Shown here piece by piece: positions 25,601 to 37,110 of a DNA stretch of 64,000 bases (positions within the stretch are counted from its first letter, which is position 1; every line of letters starts with the position of its first letter). Source of the DNA: Rhizodiscina lignyota (Eukaryota); NCBI GenBank assembly GCA_010015805.1, contig ML978132.1, positions 682,001 through 746,000 on the forward strand, in the 5' to 3' direction. Position numbers and translations under genes: made by a program. Under the pieces are notes generated by a model. That model was not told the DNA's origin, made no database searches, and saw only the letters and a program-made list of their open reading frames with translations.

Positions 25601-27800
25601 TGTGCCTGGGAGCAGTGGTCAAGGTGTCGTAATTGGAGGCCAAACCTTGCAGCCTGGCCAAACTGGCAGTGTCAATGGTGTCCCGGTCGTGGTCGGCAGC
25701 GGTGGCTCGTCTCTAGTAGTTGGAGGAACTAGCACGATTGGCCTTCAAGCTCCGCCGAGCAGTCTGAATATTGGAGGCAAGCCCGTTGCGGTCACGCCTG
25801 CACCTGCCTCTGATTCCGGCTCAATTGGTCAAGGAGTGGTTATCGGAGGTCAGACTATCCAAGCAGGACACACTGGTACGATCAACGGGGTACCGGTTGT
25901 TGTCGGCAATGGTGGCTCATCTTTGATTGTGGGCGGCACTAGTACTGTGGGGCTACAAGGTTTCCCAAGTTCTGTAAAAGTTGGTGGGAGCCCTGTTGCC
26001 ATCACACCCGCTCCAAATGCACCTGCTGCGAATGGAAATAGTGGAGTGGTCATCGGCAGCCAAACTGTTCAACCTGGTCAAGTCGCAACTATTAATGGCC
26101 AGCAAGTTTCTGTTGGCAGCAGTGGATCCTCACTTGTCATCGGCGGAACCAGGACGGTTGGTCTGCAGAGTTCACCCACGAGTGTGGATATTGGCGGAAG
26201 CTCCGTACCAATCAGCAATCCTGCAAATTCCGGCTCTGGCAACGGAGTAGATATTGGAGGGCAGACTGTTGGTCTTGGCCAGACCGCCGACATCAATGGC
26301 GTACCTGTCTCTGTTGGAAACGATGGTTCGTCTATTGTCATTGGCGGCACGAGGACCGTTGGGCTTCAGGAATCTCCAAAGACAATCAACATTGGCGGAA
26401 CTCCCATAGCTGTCAACTCTGGCATTACACCTTCTCCAAATGCAGGGGGACTAGTTGTTGGAGGAAAGACACTGACGCCAGGCGAAGTTACGACAATCAA
26501 TGGTCAGCAGGTTTCTGTCGGTTCTGATGGATCAGACCTTGTCATTGGAGGAACAAGGACAGTCCACATTCAGCAACCGACGGGTGCGCCCACGCTCCAA
26601 GTTGGAAGCTCGACAATCACGGCGAAACAGAATGGCGAATTTGTCTTTGGCGATAAGACCCTTTCGCCTGGAGGACCGGCAATCACTGTTTCTGGGACTC
26701 AACTCAGCCTCGCGCCCTCTGGAGGTATTGTCGTCATCAACGGCAAGACGTCCACTTTGGCAGGTTCATTCACAACACCAACGAACGCTCCTGTCCTGAC
26801 AGTTGGCGGAAAGCCGTTCACCGCGTCGGTATCGGGAGGGTCAACCCAATTTGTTCTTCCGCACCACCAAACGCTTACACCAGGTGGAGTCGTGACGGTA
26901 TCTGGGACCACCATAAGCCTTCCAGCAACAGGAGCTGGTAGTGTCGTTGTCTTGAACGGGCACACGTCTACCCTCGGTGTCTCTGCGCCGTTTGTTACGA
27001 ACGCTCCAGTTATCACGGCCGGCGGACATCAGTTTACAGCAACTGTATCAGCTGGCACTACCGAGTTTGAATTTGACAACGATCAGACACTGACACCTGG
27101 AGGTGCTGTCACGGTATCTGGCACACGTTTCAGTCTGCCAGCGACGGGCGGCTCTATTGTCACTGTGAACGACAAAACGTCAACCCTTGGCCAAGCATTC
27201 GTTACTCCTGCAGCTGTGCTCACAGTCAACGGCCATGAAATCACAGCGAGCGTAGAAGGCACACACACAGAATTCGACATCGGCCCAGGCACTACGCTCA
27301 CTCGTGGAGGCGTACTCACTATATCTGGAACGACATACAGCTTCCCGGCTACAGGAGCTGGCTCCGTCATTGTAGTTAACGGCCACATCTCTACACTCGG
27401 CACAGCCCTCATCACTGCTGCTCCTGCCCTGACGATCGGAAGCAGAACATACCAGCCGACGATATCGGGCTCTTCGACGTACTATGTCATCAATGGCAAG
27501 ACACTGACACCCGGTGGCAATGTCACAATTCACGGGACAGGAATCAGTCTCGGAAACAGTGAATCGTATCTCGTAATTGGCGACAAGACCTCGACAATCA
27601 AAGGTCCCGCGTCGGCTTCCACAACTCCAACTACCACAAGCGGCCTTGGAGGCGCGATTAATAGCGGGCTGAGCGGTCCCGATGCAGGTGCCTCGGCGAC
27701 GACCTCGAAGCACAGCGCTGGGACAAGGATCGCGTTGGACCGCATCGGCTTCATCAAGCTGCTGTCTTTCGTTATGGCATCTTACCTTTTCTTTGTATAA
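22629..27800 (+). CDS. Large secreted, probably GPI-anchored Ser/Thr/Gly-rich cell-surface repeat protein (adhesin-like, ~1687 aa)
   Basis: Exons 22629-22692, 22752-23127, 23177-27800. Signal peptide MRPFILSSLLYARFALS. Ser-rich and Gly/Asn-rich tracts; 11 beta-rich repeats; C-terminal SAG followed by a hydrophobic tail. Confidence 0.85.
25405..27600 (+). repeat. Eleven degenerate ~60-70 aa repeats (core VVIGGQTLxPGxxxTINGxxVSVxxxGxxLVIG)
   Basis: Read from the translation. Repeats 1-6 are of the VVIGGQT..VSVG type; repeats 7-11 are of the (F/Y)xxxxxTLTPGG..VSGT..SL type. Confidence 0.85.
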
Positions 27801-29807
27801 TGGGGAAATTGTACGACTACTCGGGTACTAAAAGAATGTTTCTGAGCGTTTTGGCGGGCCATGGATAATGACAAAAAAGGGATTTTGGGCCGGGACTTTA
27901 TGTAGCGCATGATACCACTTTACTCTCGAGCGAGAGAGATATTTAGAGATGCTTTTCTTTGTAGATACTTGAGTCTAAATTCAATGGACATAGAAGTGCC
28001 GAAGTCGAAGTTGCGCATGTTTCTTAAGCGCTTGTTTGACTGTTGTTGGAGTCCACTTGCGCTATACTCTCCGACTTGATGAGAATGGCTATGTCGGTGT
28101 CTGAAATCCTCTAAATCCTGTCTTCCATGGGATGCAGAATACTAATATGCTGAAGTCAGAAACCTTTGAACCTCCTATTCGGTCTGTCTACAGATGTTGA
28201 CACGCTAAAGTTAGATGACTTAAAGCTTATGTCCCGCATGTTTGTTAAATTTTAGTTCTCCGAGGGCGGGAGTCACCTCATAGTGCTGCTCAAGACTTAG
28301 AGAGATTCGCTATTTTCTAGCTCAGGGCCATTACACTTGTTAGTAACGATTCGCTGAGCGTTGATATAGTCAAGTTGAAAGCGTCAAAACCTGCGCTCTG
28401 GTTGAAATAACTCTCCGTATAAAATGTTGCTTGTTTTAAATTCCCCTCACAATTTCAGTTCAAAACCGAGACTACGTCGTGTGAGAACTTGGGATAACTA
28501 AATAGGTTATCACTACTTCCAAATTAGGCTAGCGCGAAACTATATAGAGCTATTCTAGATTAGGCTAGCTAGCTAGTGTGTGATTTTAGCGCTGAATGGG
28601 CAAAACATCATCGTTTCCTTCATCGTGTCCGCGCTGTATTTGCTGCTGTAAAATTCACATATCTTCTGATGCTTCTACTATACATCCGAACTGTCTCCGA
28701 GACATCGATCTTCATTTCAACAAGCGGAAATGAAACCGTCATCAGTAATTAGATTCTCCATCGAGCCCCTGATTCTATGCTCGACGCAACATTTGAGAGT
28801 TGTGGCAAGTATTCGCATGCACCGCGTGTCGGAGCTTCGTCTCGCCCGAGAAAGGAACAGACGCTCAACCGAATATACACAAATTCCTGTTCCACCGTTT
28901 GATGTCGTTGCTGGAAATAACGGTTGGAAGCCGGTCCATCTCCAGGCGGCCGCCTGTCAGCGAAGCCGCGCTGCCGCACACGAAACACCTCCTCAACGCT
29001 TCTTAGAACACCTCGACCTCCTGGGTGGCGTACTATTAAGACGACAACTGCTGTGCTTCAGATATTGCGGCTCTAACAAATTGCACTTAATATGGGAAAC
29101 CTTCCGTCGCTGTTTCAAACAGCGGACGAATTCATCTGTTAACTCGCAACAAGACCTTTGTTTGGAACACTACTTTCGGTGTCTGATAATATGTTGAGCA
29201 ATGCTCAACTCGTTGCCACATTTATTTCTCCACCATCACGGTTAGCTTCCTAAAGTGCTGCACTTGCTGACCGGCAAACAGGCTTGCCATTGTGCTGAAC
29301 CCGATGCCAAATATTTGTGCGGCTAGTCACGGTTCTAAGCTTACATTTGGTTCGCACGACCAATCTTTGCGAAGTTCTCCATGCCCAGAAAATCATGCGA
29401 GCCTTTGAAGGCACGGTTATTAATCAATTCCAAGAGAAAAGAACGAAGACTGACTCTTTTTACTGCGTCTTACGTGCGAGAGTCTTTATCTCTGGGCCTT
29501 TCTGCCCACCCCTCGCGCAAAAAATTTCTGGTTTTATCCTCCCTCAAAATGAAATCAGGGATTACACTCTTTATACGCAAAGGGCGTACATCCACCCCTG
29601 TGGCGATCATATCGGTATGCTTTGAAAGTGTGTTGCCGCGAATTCCACCGTTGTCGCAGAGAGGCGAAATACCACATCAGTAGTCAGCCCTAAGTAGTAA
29701 GCGACGCTGACTTGCACAGAAACGGTATGTATCTCTAGTGGTTATCTTCATATAAGTCTTGGTTCCTCTCATCGAAGGTTCTTTGGTCTGTTCCGCAATT
29801 ACTCAAA

Positions 29808-31714
29808 ATGCATTCTGCGCAAACCCCACCAGTTCCAATTGAGCAGCTCAAGGGCTCTTTGCCCGTCGTTGACATTGACCCAGAGGTTGATGCCAAAGCC
29901 ATAGCAACATCGGTCCTTCAGAAGTTCCCTGTTTTCAGCGAATCAACCTTTATTGAGGATGGAATATGGCGAGATCTATATGCGCTCACCTCGACTTTCC
30001 GGACCCTCTTCAGTCGGCAGTCAATCATCGAGGCATGGACGAAGCTCTCTGAGAAATACAAACCGTCAAGCTTCCAAATCGCCACAGATCGAGTGTCCAT
30101 TGAACACGCCCCTCCAGGCGGCCCTCCATGTTCGTGGATACAAGCACCGTTCACCTTCACCACGGCCACTACCCCATCTAGGACATGCTCCGGAGCAGCA
30201 TGCATCATTCCAGACTCTGATAATTTATGGAAAATCTGGTGCTTAATGACCGTCCTCGAGAGTGTCGAAGGCTTTGGAGATGTTGATCATCTCGAACCGG
30301 AGGCTGACGCACAAGACCTTCCGCTCCCTAGTCCCGTCAGCAGTAACGCTTCTGTACATTCTCTCAGCTGGAGCGCATCGGCAAAACCGCCCTCAAGCAC
30401 CAATCACTTCGACTGCATCATCATCGGCGCCGGCCAATCTAGCCTAAACACCGCCGGGCGCATGAAAGCCCTTGGCGCGTCAGCGGTAATCCTGGAACAA
30501 AATGCCCACATCGGCCAAAACTGGTTGTTCCGCTACCGTTCGTTGCACTTGCACACGCCTGTGCGCTATAGCACTCTAGCATTTACGCACGTGTATCCCA
30601 AAGACGCGCCGTATTTCCTGCACGGTGCAGACGTAGGGCGCGGTCTCCAGTATTTCGCGCAACGCTATGGTATCGACGTGCGGACATCGTCGCACATTGG
30701 CTCTGCGACATGGGATGAGGTGAAGAAGGAATGGAGCGTCAACTTTACTCAGAATGGAGGTACACCGCAGACCTTTCATACGCCACACCTTGTTCTTTCC
30801 ATGGGTCATGGCGGCCAAATCCCGAAATATCCTTCTATCCCAAACCAGGCCGCCTTTACTGGTGAAATCATGCACTCTGTCGACTAACGCTCTGCCAAGC
30901 TATGGGCTGGCAAGCGTGCCGTCATCATAGGCGCTGCGAATACGGCGCATGATATTGCGCGTGATATGGTGGACGCCGGATTAGCTCCTGTCACAATGGT
31001 GCAGCGCAGGCCGACGACCGTAATACGCATGGATCCTAAGGGCAACTTATTCTCACGCTTGTATCGTGAGGGCTTCCCGACCGAATCGGCAGATCGAGCA
31101 ATGCTGTCAACTCCAACGGTTGTCAGGCGATTGCTTACACTCAGGGCGACCGAGATGTTTCAGCGAATGACTCCTGACTATTATGAAAGGCTTGAAGGAA
31201 TGGGTTTTAGAATTGATAAAAATGCTGATATCTGGCAATGTCTTTACGAGCGTATCGGCGGACATCACATCGACGTCGGCGTTGGAGAGAAGGTTGCGCA
31301 AGGACTAATCAAAGTCAAAAGTGGCACCCCGATTGCGAGCTTTAAGAAGGATGGGTTGGTGTTTGAAGACGGAAGTGAGTTGGAAGCGGATGTGATTATC
31401 TTCGCGACAGGATTCGAGAACAGTATGCGCGACCGGGCGGCGGATATTTTGGGTGATGAGATTGCGGACGGTTTGGATGGGTATTATGGGTTGGATGAAG
31501 AGGGCGAGTTGCGAGGCGTGTGGAAGTATACTGGCCGTGAGTACGCCCGTCCCTTTTCTTCGAAAATTTGTGCTAATGTGAGGATATAGACCCGGGGTTG
31601 TTCTACGCCGGGGGTGATTTCGGTCATGCTCGCTTTTATTCACGCTTCCTTGCGCTGAGAATGAAAGCAAATCTCATGGGCGTGTCGTTTGAGGAGTATA
31701 CCGAGAAACCTTAA
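29808..31714 (+). pseudogene. Flavin-containing monooxygenase (type II FMO/YUCCA-like, with N-terminal extension) carrying one in-frame TAA
   Basis: FAD motif IIIGAGQS; FMO fingerprint FTGEIMHSVD[TAA 30885-30887]RSA; NADPH motif IIGAANTAHD; late FATGF; intron 31537-31589. The frame continues unbroken through the stop (618 codons in total). TATAAG near 29751. Confidence 0.85.
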
Positions 31715-32129
31715 TGAGAGAATTATTCTGAGTATGATACCTTTGTTAAGAAAATGTGTCCGTCTACCCAGTCCAACCTCTTAGATTTCTATTTCCCATT
31801 GTCAGCGGAGCATCAATTGAACAAGCTGGGAGACTGGATGCGTGGTTTGCGCCTAGCAACGGAGCACTAATGCAAGCAAGTGGAGAGATTCAGTGTCTTA
31901 TTCTCGCGCGGCCGCAAAGCAGTGCTACGTAGCACGTGGTAGATTCAACATCACTTTCCATCTTGAAAGTGGAGCATCGATGGGAGCAAATCAGAAGACT
32001 CGACACCTGAGCTCTGCTTATCCGTAAAGCATGAATTTGAACTCTAAAAAATATTTGACATAGTTTCTCCCTCACATGCGAAGTATCTTTCAGCTCAAGT
32101 CGAAAGATTCCGAGCCTGATTCCGGCTTA

Positions 32130-33086
32130 TGCATGGAGTATTGATGCGAGACAGGTAGGAGAATCGATGTATTTGTCACTTGCCTGCAGATCATCAAAGT
32201 GGGCTAAGGAGGAGATTGAAAACTTATTTCTGACTTGCCTACTGAGCATCCACTCGAGCTTTGTGGAAGATCAAACGTCTCCATGTCACTTGTGGATAGA
32301 ACATCAATCCGAGCACGCTGGAGGATTCATTGCCTGATTTCCTCGCAGATCTAAGCAATGCTGTGAGATCGTTAGAAGACTCAAAGCCTCTCATTTGAGC
32401 ACAAAGAACCAACTCGGCTACACCGAAGAAGCCTTCCCATCGAATTGATAGGACCGGATCTAGAGGGAAGGCGGGAGCCTGTCGCGGATGGCCAAGACAG
32501 TCATTTCATTTTTCACTATCACCAAGTCCCCCTCCATCCTCACGCTGTATTGTTCCGCCGCCTTCGCCGCTGCAATGGCTTCACCTGCTCGTAGCTTGAT
32601 CTTAGCGATGAATGGTTCCGTATCGCACAGCGCGTGGAGAAGGATTGGGAGGCACGGCTTCTAAATAGATCATCCTGCGGATGTGGATACTCAGCCGGTT
32701 GACTGAACCATTATCAAGGATTGGTTTATACACCCTGTGCAGGGTTGAAGAAACATCGCTACTCCGCCTTGATCCCTACGGTTGGAGTCGAGTCGGAATT
32801 TGAGCCCTTTGCCGAAAACTTCCCGATATTAGCCCGACTCCACATCTTTCTCAACTTCAATGTCACTGCGGTTTGTCGCAGCACTCAAGGCGTGGACGAG
32901 GTTGGCGCTATAAACATCGACCCCAAGCTTGGCCTGACCCTGCTGCTTCATAGAGCTTGGGCCAACCTTTCTCACATCGAAGCAAGACGAATATTTGCTG
33001 TCCAGATGATTCCGAGCACTCCCACTGAATCTCCGGTTGACCGTCCGAATGCGGTCTTCATCATGACCTGTTCGAAGCCAGAGTAA
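32130..33086 (+). pseudogene. Possible degenerate gene relic of unknown family
   Basis: One + frame from about 32400 to 33086 reads protein-like (LDLSDEWFRIAQRVEKDWEARLL...FEPFAENFPILARLHIFL) but has two internal stops (TAG, TGA) and apparent upstream frameshifts. Confidence 0.25.
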
Positions 33087-33406
33087 TCGAACAGATCAAT
33101 GGGCAGAAGTGTGACGCCGGTTCCAGCGGAGAAACACCAATATTCGTGAGACTATCATTAGCATGGCTCGAATTCTTGTGGCCGGCTCTATCACCTTAGG
33201 GGTATCACTTCATACACAGCGCATTTCCGGACAGTTTAAGTAAATGGAATTGTGTCCACCATTCATTCTAGCTATATGGCAGTTGGGCGCTAAGAAATCT
33301 CCCTTAGAAATCAGCAGTGGCAGCTTTTATGCGCGAGCTACTATATGGGCCGACGCAAACTAAAACATTATTTCTCTCCTGTCGTCTCCAGTCTATTGAA
33401 CGCTAA

Positions 33407-34376
33407 CTAAGCACTACCAGTAGTGTGGAACTTGTAGGTGGGCAGCTTCCAACTGGCATTCTGAAACGGCCAACCAACAAGCCCAATACTGAGTTGCGTA
33501 CTCGTTTCGATCCCTTTGGCTTGAGTCTTGAGCTCGTCTACATCCCAGTTTGCCCACAGAAACTTGCCCGACAGGAAACGCGCTTCAGGGCTCGCGAGCC
33601 AAACATTGAAGCTTGCTGGCAAAGAAACTAAGGCATGGTCAGCTTCATAATATTTCACTCAGCAAACCGGTATTCCACTTACCATCATCTTCGAAGCCGA
33701 CGGCATCAATACCCCCAGCTTCATCATTCATCGCAGTGCGCACTACGCCAGGCTGGACATGGAAGACGCTCATTTCAGGGTGTGCAAAGGCCAGAGAATC
33801 CCAAAGCCGAAATACTGCCAGTTTGGCTATGCTGTATGAAGCAAACCCAGGAGCGAAATTTATATGTGCAGCGGACGAAGATATCTCGATGGCGACCGCA
33901 TCCGTTGATGCATAGCGAAGGAACGCCTGTGCAACGAAAAATGATCCTTTAAGGTTTTGCTGAATGGCTTCGAGGAATTTGTCACCGTCCGCATACCTCA
34001 CGGAATCCTGGGGCCCAATAATCGCCGCGTTGCTAACCAAAACATGAATTTTCCCCTCGCCAACAAATTCTGAGAAGGCCGCGTCCACTTCGCTACGCTT
34101 CGTGACATCAGTGGGGGCCGCAAATACTTCGACATCAGCAAACTTGTGCTCGATGGAGGCTTTGGTATCGAGCAGGGGCTGCTCCCTACGGCCAAGGAGG
34201 GCGATCCGAGATGCGCCTGCTTCAGCGAAGTAGCGAGCTGTCTCTGCACCGATGCCAGTACCCCCTCCTGTTACTACCACGGTCTTGCCTTTGGCGGAAA
34301 GCTCGGGACGGGTGGGAGATATTGATGCGTATGTTTTCGTGTGCCACGTTGGGGTTGGCGATGGAAAGGGAGCCAT
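33407..34376 (-). CDS. Short-chain dehydrogenase/reductase (304 aa)
   Basis: TGGGTGIG Rossmann motif, VSNAA, catalytic YSIAK, QPGVVRT; C-terminal WLASPEARFLSGKFLWANWDVDEL. Intron 33628-33682. Confidence 0.93.
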
Positions 34377-34631
34377 GGTAATTGTAAGATGTATGGGTAA
34401 TGGGCAATGATGAGTCGATTGTTTGAGAAGAAACATCGCTTTGAGTGAACAATGCTCATGTTTATGTATGGTTGAGTCTGGAACTAATTCACTCACTCAG
34501 TTGTACAATTTGTGAAGCCAAGTGCGACCATAGCGTATGCGAAAAGCTGTACACCGTACCGGTTCTCCATTCAACTACTGGGCCCCTGAATCGATGTCAC
34601 CAGAAGAGGACTTCATGAAGCGTTCTTGGAA

Positions 34632-34753
34632 TTTACAAAATGTTCCGCCGAATGGACTATTCTGAATCCAGGCAAGATCGTTTTTACAAAATGTCCCGCC
34701 CTACGGTGGTCGGCCATAGCTGGACTGGCCGACCACCCCTACGGACCATTCTG
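34632..34753. repeat. 33-bp direct repeat pair; the second copy is interrupted by a 30-bp hairpin flanked by an 8-bp duplication
   Basis: Copy 1: TTTACAAAATGTTCCGCCGAATGGACTATTCTG. Copy 2: TTTACAAAATGTCCCG[CCCTACGG]TGGTCGGCCA-TAGCTGGAC-TGGCCGACCA-C[CCCTACGG]ACCATTCTG. Confidence 0.85.
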
Positions 34754-34866
34754 TACGGAGGTACTATTGATCGTAACGGAATGCTGACAAATGCGATGAA
34801 TTTACACCATCGGAATTTCACTTCGCGAATTCGCATTTGCTATGGCTTATTGCAATGTATTTTGAC

Positions 34867-36602
34867 ATGTACGAAGGAGATACGCAATCCGTTCTGCGCT
34901 GTGCACAGTGCAATAAACCGTTCAATAAGCGTAAGTTGCTTTTCCAAAGAGATGACATCTGACGTTGATGCTGTACTAACAATGTGGCGTTTTAGAATCC
35001 ACGTTGAAGAGACATGGGTACTATTGCCGGTCTCGAAGAGCTGGTAGTACTATTCGGTCCCGATCGTGTATTTCTTGTGCGAGAGGCAAGGCGCGTTGCG
35101 ATAACAGGTGGCCTGAATGTTCGAGATGCATAACCAAGGCCATCGAGTGTCATTATCCAGCAAACACGCCCAAACCTACAGAGTTACCGGTTGAGCACAA
35201 TGATGAGTCGCCGACCAAACGGCGGAAGTTAGCGACTTCATTGGTAGCAGATTCTCTCAGCTTCGAAATCCGTCAAGAAGCAAGCAGACATGATGATATA
35301 GTTCTCGACAGTCCGCTCGCCACATCAGACCCAGAATTGGCAGATCTACTTAATTGGGATAACCTCGATATCGAGTTTCCCGACTTTTTGAATCCGCAGA
35401 CGAATGACGACACTGTTCAAGACCATTCGTTAAAGCCGCCGTTAATTCGTCACTCGACAACTTGGACCGACAAGATATTTCAAGGACACCAAACCATCTC
35501 TTCTCCCAACATATCGATACCGAAACAACCGACTTCGGCTGTCCGATCGCTTATCCAGCGACCAAAAATGAAGACAGGGACGCAAAGAACCGCCAATCTC
35601 ATGCTCCATACCCTGAAATCTTATCCCTTGATGATGCTGCGCGACAACACCCTCCCACCGTTTATCCATCCGAGTTGGATATCTTCCGATGTCGAGAATC
35701 AGGACATGGAGCCCCTAAACAACTGCATCAGTTTGATGCATATGATCAGAAGTGGGGTCCAGGGCAGTCGAAAGTTGTTCTGGAAAAATGTCCGGCTGGA
35801 GTGTGAACGTTGGTGTGAAGAGGTACGTTGAATGTACAGTTGTTCATGATGAAGACTGACATAGAGCTGATGGATAACTTTAGCATCTGAAGTTAAACAA
35901 ATGGGAGCTACTTGCTGCTCTGCAGGCCCTCTCAATTTACATTCTCATCAGGTTGGATGAAGGCGAGACGGACTACAATAACTCTGATTTTCTATTACTT
36001 ACAGCAGTCACTGTAAATGTACACCCGCAGGTCTTCTCTTACCTTAGCTCTAATGATATAATCTAGGTAATATCTAAACAACTCAGCCGCATGGACATCG
36101 CGCAGTCTCCCAACAACAGGCTCAACATGAACTGGAAAGATTGGATTTTTGAGGACTCAAGCCGAAGGTTAGATCTCTGTCCCTTCTCTTGCAATGAGCT
36201 GAAAGATACTAATCGAAGCAAAGAATATGCGTGATCTATCAAGTCTTGAACATGCTAGTCTATTTCGAACCAGCGGCCTTGTGCGATCTACATTCAACGG
36301 GCCTGATTCTGGCGCCACTACCGGCAAAGAAACAGCTATGGGAAGCATGTGATGAATTTGTATGGAAGGTGGAGAGTGAGAGGGAATCCGGGCTTCAGAC
36401 CGCCTTTGGATTAGCTACAAACGGTGAGCTGGTCAAACTTGAGGAAGGCCAGAACCACCAGCTATATTGTAGTGATGTAATGCTATTGTCTTTGGATCCC
36501 ATGACTCCGTTAAGGAGGAGCACTGCAAATTGGGAGGACTGGTGCTCGGGAATGGATGCGCTTGGTGGGCTTGTTATGCTTGCTGCTTCTCTGATAGTGT
36601 AG
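34867..36602 (+). CDS. Transcription factor with an N-terminal C2HC-type finger and a Zn(II)2Cys6 binuclear cluster (499 aa)
   Basis: Exons 34867-34930, 34996-35822, 35884-36012, 36067-36167, 36224-36602. CAQC-x12-H-x3-C followed by CISCARGKARCDNRWPECSRCITKAIEC; C-terminal WIFEDSSRR..LPAKKQLWEA..WEDWCSGMDALGGLV. Confidence 0.9.
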
Positions 36603-37110
36603 TGTCTTCCAGATGCCAAACCGGCCTTTCCTCGTATGCGTACACCAGGACACAGCCTCACACAAGGCAAGAGCAGTGACTCAGATCCCTCCGATGTCGC
36701 TTCTCTGTCCATCGTTGCTTCCACCGGTAGCGACTGTCCTCTTTCCATTATTGACGCCTGAGAAGGAAACCGAGATGCAGGGACATCATGAAGTTAGGCA
36801 TATAAGACATTCCCACACTTTCTAGTTCTATTGTTTATCTCTGATTTTCGCATACATGGCATATCCATATCGCACAGTTCTTCTTCTGCTTTGTGCGGCA
36901 ACAAATGATCAGACTCGATACCGCAGATGAACCTTGGACGAGCACCCCCACGAAGGACCACACAGAAGTCAACGGCATTTGTGTCGCAATACTCAGATAT
37001 TCGGAGACTACATTGTCCATGAGGCACAAAGCTGCACTGTGTTGCTATTCCAAGCTATGGATGTCAATGTCGTGGTTGTGTGGACGCCTTCCAGATCAGA
37101 TCATATCCTC

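Noticed and set aside
23543..27757. Many minus-strand and alternate-frame ORFs within the surface-protein gene
   Set aside because: By-products of low-complexity Gly/Ser/Thr codons.
28730..29197. 155-aa ORF in the intergenic region
   Set aside because: No motifs, non-coding-like composition, and no supporting splice structure.
34520..34600. CGACCATAGCGTATGCGAAAA resembles the 5' end of fungal 5S rRNA
   Set aside because: Similarity lasts only about 20 nt; internal boxes and the 3' stem are absent.
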